From the IMG/VR virus record IMGVR_UViG_3300028378_000016: DNA of 32,207 bases; one strand, 5' to 3'. The notes beneath the pieces are model-generated. The model was not told the DNA's origin. It was given only the letters and a program-made list of their open reading frames with translations, and did not search any database. Within the stretch, counting starts at the first letter, position 1. Every line of letters begins with the position of its first letter. Of the stretch, positions 8,292-17,931 are shown one piece after another. Position numbers and translations under genes: made by a program. Source of the stretch: a virus.

Positions 8292-10289
8292 ATGGCAATT
8301 CCCGAAACGTCCATAAAAATTATGGAAAGCCAAAACATGAGCGACAACGACGACGGCGGCGGGCGAAAGACGGGGCGCGAGATCGTCGACGGCAATATCA
8401 ATAATATGTTTAACGACATTTCCCGGCTTGACCGCACTTATGGCCGGGTAAGTCTGCGCGAAGCGTTTTTGTCCGTACAGACCGATACCACGGACATGTA
8501 TGCCGGGGCACATATTATCATTTCCAACCCTACAAAAGACCCGCTAGTCTCGGTCTGCATGTTCAAGACAACCAACGACTACGACTTTCGTACCGCAGCA
8601 CAGGACCGCATAGAAAGTTATGTCACCAGGGGGCCAAGGTATAACGGATGGTTTTGGGGAACCCAACTGGCAGGCCAGCGACAAATTTTACTTTTCCAGG
8701 CTGTTGGTACAGCAACGCCCGGCGTCGGCGACGTCCTTTTCTTGATCGAAAACGAGGACACCGCAGACGAGCAAAGCCAGTATGTCCGCATTACTAAGGT
8801 TGAGTCGACCACCCAAGATTTTACCGTAGGCAATACCACATTTACTCGTCAGATTGTCACCTTGGATATCGGCGACCCGCTGCGTGAAACCTATGGCGGC
8901 AATGAGATTTCCAACGACGACAGCCTGGAAACAAATATAAATAGCACCGTGGTTGCCGATGCCGCCGAATATTACGGCGTTATGTCATTGAGACAGCCGG
9001 TTTCTGTCAATGATGTTGCTATCAATGTCGACAGTATTTTTACCCACCTGGTGCCAAGTGCCCAGGCGGAAAGTCCGGTTGTTGACGTTTCCCTGGGCGA
9101 GGCCGGCCCGGTGAAGGAAAGCGGACAGGCGTATACCGACTATGTGCCCAGCTTTACCTTTGGCCATAACGCAACCTATTATTTCGGGCGCGGCATAAAA
9201 CCCGGTAGCCTTATTATAACCGCTGGTAACGGTGACACCTACACCGACAATAAGACCGGCGTTATGTACAACGGTGCCAACCAACGGGGCACTGTGAACT
9301 ATTCCACCGGCCTTGTGATATTTAAAGACATAGACGATTACACCGGCAGCCTTACCGCCCAAGCGATAATTGGCGCGGAGATATCCAGAGTTAACGATAC
9401 CAAGAAGATTGAAGTTGATATAAACAACCAGGGCTACACCTTTACCACTATTCTGGACCCGCTCCCCACCCCAAAAACACTCATTGTCGACTATATGAGC
9501 CAGGGCAAATGGTATCGGTTGCGCGATAACGGCAAAGGCGAAATATTGCCAGATATCGAAAAGACCGGCAGCGGCACCCTGAACCTGTCATCCGGCAGCG
9601 TGGCTCTTACATGCGGTGCCCTGCCCGATGTTGACACCAGCATCATATTTTATTGGGGCAACCCCCTGGAGGTTGAAGATATTTCCGGCACTGTCAGTAT
9701 TGATGTGCCGCAGATCGTACACACCCTGGCCGAATCGCCGGTAAAGCCAGGCAGCATAACAGTCACATGGCAAACTGGGGCGGGCACCGCTACCGCCACC
9801 GACGACGGCAGCGGCAACCTTTCCGGTGATGTCGTCGGGGGCACCGTCAATTATGCCGATGGCACGGTGATTTTCACCCCTACCGCCATCCCGGCAGCCG
9901 GGGCGGATTATACCTTTGATTATGACAAATACCCTTTTTCATCTGAAAGTACCGCCCCCACCGACCATGGCGCCGGTATTTACCAAGTTGAATTGACTGC
10001 CGGGCCCATTGAACCCGGCAGCGTTGCCTTTCAAATGAATATTAATTTTGGCATACACAGCCAGATATACAAGTTTACCGACCATGGCAACGGCACCATG
10101 AGTGCCCCAGGTTTCACCCTGGATACATCCATCACTCACCCGGAATATGAGGGCGGCGTTGAGGTTGGCGGACTGTCCGCCTCCGTGGATTATGTAACCA
10201 GCATTATACAAATTGACATTGGCAGTTTAAGCGGGATAGATAAATGGAGCCGCCCTGTCTATGGATATGATTTGGGATATGATTTTTAA
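8292..10289 (+). CDS. Large tail or baseplate structural protein
   Basis: 665-aa Thr/Gly/Val-rich, beta-type sequence in the tail-tip block. Confidence 0.5.
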   Translation: MAIPETSIKIMESQNMSDNDDGGGRKTGREIVDGNINNMFNDISRLDRTYGRVSLREAFLSVQTDTTDMYAGAHIIISNPTKDPLVSVCMFKTTNDYDFRTAAQDRIESYVTRGPRYNGWFWGTQLAGQRQILLFQAVGTATPGVGDVLFLIENEDTADEQSQYVRITKVESTTQDFTVGNTTFTRQIVTLDIGDPLRETYGGNEISNDDSLETNINSTVVADAAEYYGVMSLRQPVSVNDVAINVDSIFTHLVPSAQAESPVVDVSLGEAGPVKESGQAYTDYVPSFTFGHNATYYFGRGIKPGSLIITAGNGDTYTDNKTGVMYNGANQRGTVNYSTGLVIFKDIDDYTGSLTAQAIIGAEISRVNDTKKIEVDINNQGYTFTTILDPLPTPKTLIVDYMSQGKWYRLRDNGKGEILPDIEKTGSGTLNLSSGSVALTCGALPDVDTSIIFYWGNPLEVEDISGTVSIDVPQIVHTLAESPVKPGSITVTWQTGAGTATATDDGSGNLSGDVVGGTVNYADGTVIFTPTAIPAAGADYTFDYDKYPFSSESTAPTDHGAGIYQVELTAGPIEPGSVAFQMNINFGIHSQIYKFTDHGNGTMSAPGFTLDTSITHPEYEGGVEVGGLSASVDYVTSIIQIDIGSLSGIDKWSRPVYGYDLGYDF

Positions 10290-10298
10290 GGGGAATTT

Positions 10299-11909
10299 AT
10301 GTCGACAACGACCGTAGTAGTCAGACCATCTATTACCAAATATGCCGAGGAAAGCCAGGCGTTAAACTGGACCGACGCCAGCGGCGGCACCGCCTTTTGC
10401 AATTATTCCCTGGACACCCCGGCCCAGCAAACCGCCCAGGAGGTGGTCGCGGCCCAGCCTTTTGAAATTGATCTAACGCCCAACCTGGACACAAAAACCA
10501 TAGTGCCTGGCAGCGTTTCTTTTTCATGGGGCGGCAATCGCTACGTTGACCGGCTAGGAAAGCTCTACAAAAACCCAAAACCGGCAACCGGCGTCGGCGT
10601 CGAGGCGGGCAGCATTGACTATACCACCGGCAAAGTGCAGCTGAACAACTACGACAGCGGCGACAACACCATTACCATTCATTCTTTGTTGTCCCGTTCG
10701 GGTCGCCAGTTTATTGCATACGGCGTTTTTCGCACACCAGGGGCCCCGCTCAGGCCGGGCAGCCTGACAATACAGGGCGCGGCAGCGGACGGCACCGCTA
10801 TTACCGTAACCGCCGCCTTTGACGGCACAATCGACGAGCCGGGCGTCCAGGGCTACATTAACGTTGATACCGGCGTGGCCTGGCTGGCCTTTGGCGATTA
10901 TGTCACCGCAGCTGGCAACGAATCCGAGCCCTGGTACAGCGAAGACACCCTTGACGGCGCCGGCAATGTCTGGAAACCAAACCCGGTTTTTGCCGACACC
11001 TTCACCTATACTTGTGTCGTTTATAGTTATATTCCGTTGGATGCCGATTTGATCGGCCTGGACCCCGTGCGGCTGCCGACCGACGGCCGGGTCCCGATTG
11101 TCCGTAGCGGCAACGTTGCGGTAATACACAACACTCAAACCTTGCAGCTTGCCCCCGGGCTGGCGGCCGGGCAGGAAATAACCTTTTTCCGGCCTGGTAT
11201 CAACTCTGTACGGCTCTATGATGCAGAGGGCGTCTATGTGCCAACCACCTATTACAGCTTTGACGAGGATACACAAATTTTAACGATGGCGGATCCGCTG
11301 GACCTGTCCGGCTTTACAGAGCCGCTCATTGCAAACCATCGCGTAGAAGATATGGCCCTGGTCAATGATGTGCAGATTAACGGCCAGCTGAACCTAGCAA
11401 GGGGCGTTTCCCACGATTACCCGACAGATGGAACCTATGTTTCAAGCGCCATGCTCTATGGCGATCTGCAAGCCCGCGTATACAACCTCTTTGACCAAAA
11501 AACATGGTCTAACGATTGGAGCGACGACATGGTCGGCGACGCCGCCACCGGCACTTACAACGACCTTGATTTTCCACCGATTATTACCAACAAGGGGGCG
11601 GTTAAAGAACGTTGGGCCCTGGTCTTTGACGACGCGGGCAGCCATGTGCAAGTTATTGGAGAAAAATACGGCGTAGTGCATGACGGCTATATTTCCCAAG
11701 ATATCGAGCCTATAAACCCGGCAACCGGCCAGGCATTTTGGAAACTGGCTTATGAGGGCTGGGGCGCGGGCTGGTCTAATAACAATGTATTGCGCTTTAA
11801 TACCGAGGCCGCCGACGGCGGATTTTGGATTGCAAGAACGACACTACAGGGACCGGAAACCGAACCATACGACGAATTTACAATACAACCGAGGGGAGAT
11901 AGCGAATAA
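10299..11909 (+). CDS. Tail structural protein
   Basis: 536 aa in the tail-tip block. No family recognised. Confidence 0.5.
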   Translation: MSTTTVVVRPSITKYAEESQALNWTDASGGTAFCNYSLDTPAQQTAQEVVAAQPFEIDLTPNLDTKTIVPGSVSFSWGGNRYVDRLGKLYKNPKPATGVGVEAGSIDYTTGKVQLNNYDSGDNTITIHSLLSRSGRQFIAYGVFRTPGAPLRPGSLTIQGAAADGTAITVTAAFDGTIDEPGVQGYINVDTGVAWLAFGDYVTAAGNESEPWYSEDTLDGAGNVWKPNPVFADTFTYTCVVYSYIPLDADLIGLDPVRLPTDGRVPIVRSGNVAVIHNTQTLQLAPGLAAGQEITFFRPGINSVRLYDAEGVYVPTTYYSFDEDTQILTMADPLDLSGFTEPLIANHRVEDMALVNDVQINGQLNLARGVSHDYPTDGTYVSSAMLYGDLQARVYNLFDQKTWSNDWSDDMVGDAATGTYNDLDFPPIITNKGAVKERWALVFDDAGSHVQVIGEKYGVVHDGYISQDIEPINPATGQAFWKLAYEGWGAGWSNNNVLRFNTEAADGGFWIARTTLQGPETEPYDEFTIQPRGDSE

Positions 11910-12904
11910 TGGCACCACCAACAGTTTACCGATGGGATGATGATAATGCACCGGTTTTGGCTATCAATGATTCTGACACTTCGGCTCTTGTCGAAATTGT
12001 TAAAGCATGTCTAGTTGACGGTTACGGCTCAAAGATGCCACCGGGGGCAGGATACAGCTTGGAATTTGAAAACGCAGACGGCACTGCTATTGCTATAAAA
12101 AGCCAATCTCCAGATAGCAACGGGTTCTATTATTCAGTAGCTACAGAGCAAGCTCTGTACGAAGACCCTTTAAAAGATGAACACATTAACATAATCAATA
12201 TGTACGAAAACATGACTGATGCGATCTCAGGCATAAACAGCACGTATCCAGGGCGTTTGTTTGCGTGTTTTGACGACGACTCCTCATATTATGACGAGCC
12301 TATTGCCTGGGTTTTAGTTGCAGATGATAGAGCCTTTTACTTATTTTTGTACATCGAAGGAGACTGGAAGCTATCTGAAAATCCTGATTTTGACTATATA
12401 ACAGCTTACAGCAATGGATTTTTTGGCGATTTCAACACAATCAGCCCTGATCCATGGTCTTCTCTTGTGTGGGGTTATTCGACCCTGGGAAACAGAGGTA
12501 GCAGGTTTGGGATGCTCGATGAGTATCGCAATAGTATGAGTGGCGCACAGGTAAAACGTAGCCGAGGTGGGCTAGATCTTGACGGACATGACGTCTCGAT
12601 ATATCACGGCGGAGGCCCTTTTTGGGCAGAAGACGGCATGGGGCACTCTAGTGATAGCGACAAGACCACGCCATTTGGTGAAGGTGAACCTACTTTTATT
12701 ACACGACCAATGCTTAGTGATACTACCGACCCAAAAAATTTTAGAGGGTATATTCCGGGGTTATACTATCCGTGCCACAATCGGCCATATAAAAACTTAG
12801 AGCAAGTAACGGTTGCTGATAAGACGTTTTTAGCAGTTAGAATACGTTTTTATCCGTACGATGATGGGCAGGTCTTGATTGATTTAGGCGATTGGCGAGC
12901 ATAA
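11909..12904 (+). CDS. Tail-associated protein, possibly a receptor-binding candidate, in an AT-rich island
   Basis: 331 aa. It is translationally coupled to its neighbour (TAATG). Its GC content is visibly lower than both neighbours. Confidence 0.45.
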   Translation: MAPPTVYRWDDDNAPVLAINDSDTSALVEIVKACLVDGYGSKMPPGAGYSLEFENADGTAIAIKSQSPDSNGFYYSVATEQALYEDPLKDEHINIINMYENMTDAISGINSTYPGRLFACFDDDSSYYDEPIAWVLVADDRAFYLFLYIEGDWKLSENPDFDYITAYSNGFFGDFNTISPDPWSSLVWGYSTLGNRGSRFGMLDEYRNSMSGAQVKRSRGGLDLDGHDVSIYHGGGPFWAEDGMGHSSDSDKTTPFGEGEPTFITRPMLSDTTDPKNFRGYIPGLYYPCHNRPYKNLEQVTVADKTFLAVRIRFYPYDDGQVLIDLGDWRA

Positions 12905-12918
12905 AAAGGAGATAAGAC

Positions 12919-13236
12919 ATGGCGACATATAATGAGATAATAGTTAGTGATGATCTCTTGATCGGGAACGACACGCCTTACAAACCAGCTCATAGACATT
13001 CGCTGGCAGGCACTGTCTCAGTCAATGGCTCACCGTCAAAAAAGCGCATTGTCGTGATTAATCGTATCACGATGGAATACTTCGCTGTTACTGACTCAGA
13101 TGCACAAACTGGGATGTGGGAAATCACTCATTTGCCAGAGTATGACGAGCGATCATTGCTAGTGCTGGCATTTGATGACGCAGGCGAGTTCAACGCCGAG
13201 ATAGCAGACTTCGTTTCTCAAGTTGCCACGGCGTAA
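12919..13236 (+). CDS. Small tail-associated protein, beta-sandwich-like
   Basis: 105 aa, AT-rich. Its stop overlaps the next gene's start (TAATG). Confidence 0.45.
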   Translation: MATYNEIIVSDDLLIGNDTPYKPAHRHSLAGTVSVNGSPSKKRIVVINRITMEYFAVTDSDAQTGMWEITHLPEYDERSLLVLAFDDAGEFNAEIADFVSQVATA

Positions 13237-15335
13237 TGTCATATGATCCCGGCACAAACATTCTCTTTTCATTTCGAGTGGTCTATGAGCCGCCTAAAGG
13301 AAATGCTATTGAGTTTCGTCTGGGCGACTTCTCGCAGGTCTGCGAGATGTTTCTCCCGGCAGTCGGGGAGGTTGATTTCAGTCTTGCAACGCTTCTGCCT
13401 GTTTCGCTTGATTTTGCTTTTAACGAGAAGTGCTACCCGGATAATCAGCAGGAACAGATCATTCCAAAATGTGAAGAGATCAAGATCTATGTCGCCCCGG
13501 TCGGCCTGGTCGATTTCGACTTCTTCAAGCCGTATGACTGGCCGAGCGGCACGGTTGATTTCGATCTGGCCGACTGCCTTGGCGATGATCCACCGGAGCC
13601 TCCCCCGCCATGGTATGTCATACCGGCAAATATCAGCCAGGATTTTGCCGTCGGTTTCAAAACTGGCCAGGTTGCAGACACCCAAAAACGCAGCCGATGG
13701 AAAGACGCCACATATATCGAGCCGGAATATCGAGCCGGTTGGGGCCAGGGCGAAGTTGTAGACCGGCTGGTTAAATCCGGATTTATTGGACTGCCAGCAC
13801 TTTACCGTGAAAACCGGGTTGCTTTTGACAGACTGTTACGCAGCGAAAACGACATTTTTGCAGCGTGGCACAATCTCGAAGGCAATGACAGCAACGAAAA
13901 GCGCAGCATCTGGGACAGCACTACGGCAAAAGACGGCAAACTTAATGCTGGATACCGCGAGCCAGGGGCGAAAGATAACCATTTTGTCATCCCCTGGGGA
14001 ATCACAACAAAGGAAATTGATTTTTCCTTTGTTGTGCCCTGGGCGGTGCCGCCGCCCAATGACACATTGCATACAACAAAGTGGGGCCGGGCATGGTATG
14101 AAAAGATATGCATCCGCGATTATCTGCCGCCAGCAGGCACCGCCGTGGCTTTGGATTTTGAAACGCAAATTTCAGACGTTGGCGACAAGGACCATATTCA
14201 TTTCTGGTTTGATTCGCTTAGCTATGACGAGCGCTGCAACCACCGGGAGCCGTCCGGCTGGCGTGATCCCTACACCTACCGGCCGCCTCTTATCGTGCCG
14301 CAGACCCCGAACAGGAGGGCCTACACCAACATGAATAGCGCATTACTTAAAAAGGTTTCAGACAACATGCCATTGGACTTGTCCACCTTTTCTGCAAAAA
14401 TAGATTTTGGCTCATGGGTGTGGGATTTTTCCGCCAGCTTGCAAACCTGGTCATCATTTGATGCGGTGGAGCCGGACGAAAACGGTTTCCAAGAGGTAGA
14501 GGCTGATATAAACGGCTATATTTTCCGGGGCATAGTTGAACGGGCAAGCGAACAGGAACAGCGGAAAACCAGCTTTGCTATTCGCGGCCGTGGCCCGGCT
14601 GCAGAACTAGCCAGGCCATATGCCCCGCAGACCAGCTACACAGAAGAGGCCGAGCGAGGTGCCAGGCAGATTATAGAAGAACGCTTGAGCGGCACAGGCT
14701 GGGCGCTTGATTGGCAGATAACCGACTTTACTATCCCGGCTAACGTTTACACCTTTCACAATGCCACCCCGCTGGAAGCAATAAAGCAGATAACCGAGGC
14801 CCTGGGGGCACGTATACAGGCCCACCTGCACAGCAAAACGCTTAAAATACTGCCACGTTATCCGATCAAGCCATGGGAATGGGACACCACCACCCCAGAG
14901 CTTATTATCAGCGAATCGGTAATAATGACGTCGTCGCGGGATTGGCTGCCCGGCGGAAATTACAACGGCGTGGTTGTAAGTGGCACTAATACAGGTGTGC
15001 TGGTCAAAGTGATGCGAACGGGCAGCGGTGGCACCGAAATGGCACCAATGATAACCAACCCGCTTATTGTCACAACCGAGGCAGCAACTCAGCGTGGTAT
15101 ATACGAGATTGCCGCTTCCGGAAGCTGGCAGACTTACACAATCACTTTACCACTCAAAACAGAGCCGGAACAGCCCGGGCTTTTGCTGCCCGGGACCTTG
15201 TTGCAGATCAACCGAGAGAGGGAATCATTTAATGCCATGGTAACCGGCGTTAAAGTTACGGCAAAACGACAAAACGGGCTTAAGGTCCGGCAAATTGTTG
15301 AGGTGCAGCGATACCGTGGCAAACATTTGGCGTAA
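13236..15335 (+). CDS. Large tail-tip or host-specificity-type protein
   Basis: 699-aa ORF, the last large ORF of the tail block. Confidence 0.5.
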   Translation: MSYDPGTNILFSFRVVYEPPKGNAIEFRLGDFSQVCEMFLPAVGEVDFSLATLLPVSLDFAFNEKCYPDNQQEQIIPKCEEIKIYVAPVGLVDFDFFKPYDWPSGTVDFDLADCLGDDPPEPPPPWYVIPANISQDFAVGFKTGQVADTQKRSRWKDATYIEPEYRAGWGQGEVVDRLVKSGFIGLPALYRENRVAFDRLLRSENDIFAAWHNLEGNDSNEKRSIWDSTTAKDGKLNAGYREPGAKDNHFVIPWGITTKEIDFSFVVPWAVPPPNDTLHTTKWGRAWYEKICIRDYLPPAGTAVALDFETQISDVGDKDHIHFWFDSLSYDERCNHREPSGWRDPYTYRPPLIVPQTPNRRAYTNMNSALLKKVSDNMPLDLSTFSAKIDFGSWVWDFSASLQTWSSFDAVEPDENGFQEVEADINGYIFRGIVERASEQEQRKTSFAIRGRGPAAELARPYAPQTSYTEEAERGARQIIEERLSGTGWALDWQITDFTIPANVYTFHNATPLEAIKQITEALGARIQAHLHSKTLKILPRYPIKPWEWDTTTPELIISESVIMTSSRDWLPGGNYNGVVVSGTNTGVLVKVMRTGSGGTEMAPMITNPLIVTTEAATQRGIYEIAASGSWQTYTITLPLKTEPEQPGLLLPGTLLQINRERESFNAMVTGVKVTAKRQNGLKVRQIVEVQRYRGKHLA

Positions 15336-15543
15336 ATTCAAAACATTACTGGCAGAATCAACTATAGAGGTGGTCACTGTACAGTCGATCAACGCGGCCG
15401 GTACAAGCAAATGCACCACCTACCAAGGCGGCGTGGTAATCGTCAGCGGCGACAGCGTAGCTGTGGGCGACAAGGCCTTCATCCAGGACGGGCGCATCAT
15501 AGGCGAAGCCCCGGACTTAAGCTATTACGAGATTGAGGTGTGA
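15316..15543 (+). CDS. Small protein (~75 aa) at the end of the tail block
   Basis: The ORF is open from a TTG at 15295. A GTG at 15316 is preceded by gaggtg. The sequence is Gly/Val-rich and beta-like. Confidence 0.4.
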   Translation: MANIWRKFKTLLAESTIEVVTVQSINAAGTSKCTTYQGGVVIVSGDSVAVGDKAFIQDGRIIGEAPDLSYYEIEV

Positions 15544-15606
15544 GAATTGAAGCTGATGCAGGCCAACAACGATGACTATTCCGTCGTCAACGAAGAGGAT
15601 TGATTA

Positions 15607-15729
15607 ATGAGCAAAGCATGGAAATATCTACAAGAATTTGTTGGATGGTGTGCCTTTCTGGCGGTTTGCCTCTTTGTGTTTTTCGCCGTCTATTTACCAT
15701 GTAAAATTTTGGAAGACAAATGCGACTGA
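15607..15729 (+). CDS. 40-aa single-pass membrane peptide, first gene of the lysis region
   Basis: An aagagga ribosome-binding site lies 7 nt before the ATG. Reads MSKAWKYLQEFVGWCAFLAVCLFVFFAVYLPCKILEDKCD. It is below the ORF-track cutoff. Confidence 0.4.
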   Translation: MSKAWKYLQEFVGWCAFLAVCLFVFFAVYLPCKILEDKCD

Positions 15730-15835
15730 GGCCCCACCACGGCCCTGCGCCCAAAAAAGACAAGGTAATAAAATTCTCGGTCACGATGCCGTTGCAACGG
15801 CTGAGGGATATTATCAAATCGATATGGAGGAGGCT

Positions 15836-16105
15836 ATGTCAAAGATAGTCACGATTATCAAAGCAGTACAGGCCGGGCAGGAATTGAAAAACCCGGAAAA
15901 TTGGAAAAAGGGGCAAGTACTCACAAACCTGACCGGGGCTGTGGTGGCGGGCATTATAACGGCTCTGCACTGGTGGTACCCCGATGTGCCGCTACCTGAT
16001 GGTGTGGCCGAATATGCCGCCGAGATGATCGGCACAGCCCTGGTGCTTGTGAACCTGTACCTTACCTATGCAACCTCAACTAAAATAGGAGTAAAAAAGC
16101 AATGA
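15836..16105 (+). CDS. Holin-like protein with two predicted transmembrane segments
   Basis: ggaggagg sits before the ATG at 15836; the track ORF extends upstream to 15638. Hydrophobic stretches are LTGAVVAGIITALHWW and MIGTALVLVNLYLTYA. Confidence 0.5.
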   Translation: MSKIVTIIKAVQAGQELKNPENWKKGQVLTNLTGAVVAGIITALHWWYPDVPLPDGVAEYAAEMIGTALVLVNLYLTYATSTKIGVKKQ

Positions 16106-16362
16106 AATACGCATTCACGCTGTTGAAATTGGTACCTGTCTTCATGGATATCATTATGAAAATTGAAGAAGTTCTCCCCGAAAAACACAAGGGAGCTGAA
16201 AAACTTGCCTTGTTTCGCGGTATTGTAGAAAAGTTGTATCCCGATCTTATGAAGATGTGGGACATAATCGAAACACTGGTTGCAACAATAGTCAGGTTTT
16301 TCAATGATAATGGGGCTTTTGAGAAGAAAGCAGAGAGACCAGCAAAGCCTGAGCTTGACTAG
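16102..16362 (+). CDS. Lysis-region small protein, possibly LL-H-type holin-like
   Basis: 86 aa. It has an ATGA overlap with the previous gene, a hydrophobic N-terminus (LLKLVPVFMDIIM) and a KGAEKLALF motif. Confidence 0.4.
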   Translation: MKYAFTLLKLVPVFMDIIMKIEEVLPEKHKGAEKLALFRGIVEKLYPDLMKMWDIIETLVATIVRFFNDNGAFEKKAERPAKPELD

Positions 16363-16381
16363 TGTAGGGACTTTCTACAAC

Positions 16382-16400
16382 GCCACTGGTATTCAGTGGC
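16382..16400 (+). other. Hairpin (gccactg-gtatt-cagtggc) between lysis-region genes
   Basis: Perfect 7-bp stem with only TT downstream. It is a weak terminator or a regulatory structure. Confidence 0.3.
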
Positions 16401-16422
16401 TTAAAGTTAAGTGGAGGGTGCC

Positions 16423-16926
16423 ATGACATCGAAGTATGAAAAAGAAGATATTCGAAAAGTTCAAGAAGCGAAATGTGATGTGAACGGGTGCCAAATGGAA
16501 GAGACAGGAGTATGCGCCTTGCATGATGTAGAGGTAGAGAGAAGAGAGGGCATGAAAGCTCTGGTGGATAAGATTCCAGGAATTTTGACTCGTCTTAACC
16601 TTATATTAGGCACGACTGGATTAATCGGCATGATTATCGCGGCTAGTTTTCTCTACACCAGCATGGTCAAAACCGAGCTGCGCCAAGAGATTACCCTACA
16701 GAGGCAGGAAGGATCTGTATCTGTGTCTGAAATACGTTCCCTTGTACGTGATATAGCCGTTACACAAGGCAAAAACATACAGGCACAAAAATTTCAACTA
16801 AAACAGCTGTCAAGACTGAATACATCAATTTCAAACATGCTTGAAAGGCAAGAAACGTTTGAAGATTTAATAAACAAGCGGATTGATGCAAGGTTTGATA
16901 GCTGGGGAACTCAAATAAACCAATAA
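16423..16926 (+). CDS. Membrane-anchored coiled-coil protein, candidate spanin-like or lysis accessory protein
   Basis: The ATG at 16423 follows gtggaggg. There is one central transmembrane segment (LILGTTGLIGMIIAASFLY) and a helical C-terminus. Confidence 0.45.
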   Translation: MTSKYEKEDIRKVQEAKCDVNGCQMEETGVCALHDVEVERREGMKALVDKIPGILTRLNLILGTTGLIGMIIAASFLYTSMVKTELRQEITLQRQEGSVSVSEIRSLVRDIAVTQGKNIQAQKFQLKQLSRLNTSISNMLERQETFEDLINKRIDARFDSWGTQINQ

Positions 16927-16929
16927 ACC

Positions 16930-17286
16930 ATGAGTCTATACAGCGAACCCCTGTTTTTCCGACACGAATTCGCCTGCCGCTGTGGCTGTGGCTTCGACAC
17001 CGTGGATGCCGAGCTGCTCCAGGTGCTACTCAAGGCCAGAGAAGACCTGAACGCCCCGGTAGATATCACCAGCGGCTGCCGCTGCAGCCACCACAACGCC
17101 AGGGTAAACGGCAGCCCCAAATCAATGCACCTGCTCGGCCGGGCAGGGGATATAAACATACGTACCTACACCCCGGCACAAGTTCACGAATACCTCTGCC
17201 GCATCTACCCCGACAAATACGGTATAGGTAAATACACCTACTTCACCCATATAGATACCCGATCCGGCCCCCCGGCCAGGTGGTAG
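16930..17286 (+). CDS. Endolysin, peptidase M15 (zinc D-Ala-D-Ala carboxypeptidase-like) family
   Basis: 118 aa. The SGCRCSHHNARVNGSPKSMHLLGRAGD ... THID pattern matches the H/D/H zinc ligands of M15-type phage lysins. Confidence 0.8.
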   Translation: MSLYSEPLFFRHEFACRCGCGFDTVDAELLQVLLKAREDLNAPVDITSGCRCSHHNARVNGSPKSMHLLGRAGDINIRTYTPAQVHEYLCRIYPDKYGIGKYTYFTHIDTRSGPPARW

Positions 17287-17550
17287 ATAAACAAGAAAAG
17301 AGCCACCCCGCCACGATCCGCCAGCACACCATTCCCAAAGCTGCTCAAAAGGAAACCCCTCATTACCGTCAAGCGCAAACTCTGTACGAGCCTCTTCTCT
17401 TACATCAGCACAGAAAGAGCATGTTTTGAAAGTCTGAAAGTTATCTTTTTCAGTGACACTGCTACACTCGCAGCAGACATGGTTTTTTCTGGCTACTGGA
17501 TACGTCTCATTAAAGATTGATGGCCTCTCGCTACTGCCTATATCACACAT
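17122..17550 (-). CDS. Cys-rich (CCEC...CSFC) small protein whose reading frame runs antisense into the endolysin 3' end
   Basis: The ATG directly follows the VRR-NUC stop (TAAATG). The first ~75 aa are AT-rich and protein-like. The last ~55 codons overlap the endolysin gene on the opposite strand. Confidence 0.45.
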   Translation of the reverse strand: MCDIGSSERPSIFNETYPVARKNHVCCECSSVTEKDNFQTFKTCSFCADVREEARTEFALDGNEGFPFEQLWEWCAGGSWRGGSFLVYLPPGRGAGSGIYMGEVGVFTYTVFVGVDAAEVFVNLCRGVGTYVYIPCPAEQVH

Positions 17551-17931
17551 TTACACACCTCGCATTTGTACATATTCAAGAATTGACTTCTTGGCCTCGT
17601 CGAAGCCCTTACAAATATCAACTTTATAGCCGCAGTTCCGTAACCGCTCAATTTTATCTTTTTGGTCTTTGCTGGTCGAGCCGCCTTTGATCCTTTTCAT
17701 TTCGATAAAAAGACCGTGATACCCACCACGGGCGAGGGTGAAAAATAAATCTGGAACGCCAGCCTTGACACCTTCTGCCTTCATCTTTTTCGCAACTACA
17801 ACATTACGCAGACCACCGTTAGGGATTGCAAAAACGAACTCATCGTTGCCATTGAAGAACATGTCTGCCCATTGTATAAATTCAATCTGTTCTTGGCTCT
17901 CTGTTGGGAGTATTTGTTTCATTTGTTTCAT
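17551..17931 (-). CDS. VRR-NUC domain nuclease
   Basis: Pattern AIPNGG...GVKAGVPDLFF...GLFIEMK (PD-(D/E)xK type). The start at 17931 is preferred because gaaggag lies upstream; the ORF is open to 17976. Confidence 0.8.
   Translation of the reverse strand: MKQMKQILPTESQEQIEFIQWADMFFNGNDEFVFAIPNGGLRNVVVAKKMKAEGVKAGVPDLFFTLARGGYHGLFIEMKRIKGGSTSKDQKDKIERLRNCGYKVDICKGFDEAKKSILEYVQMRGV

Noticed and set aside
347-11276. Many long antisense or alternative-frame ORFs in the GC-rich structural region. Examples are 347..574-, 540..791-, 1011..1388-, 2765..3274-, 4053..4505-, 6288..6740-, 7932..8513-, 8985..9362- and 10554..11276-.
   Set aside because: They lie entirely within longer, recognisable + strand structural genes. 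They have Arg/Pro/Gly/Ala-rich, low-complexity compositions typical of spurious frames in GC-rich DNA. They lack ribosome-binding sites and operon context.
13243-14334. Alternative-frame ORFs 13243..13761+ and 13786..14334+, plus antisense ORFs inside the 699-aa tail gene.
   Set aside because: They are nested in a longer ORF that is translationally coupled to its neighbour. Their translations are Arg/Ser-rich and low-complexity.
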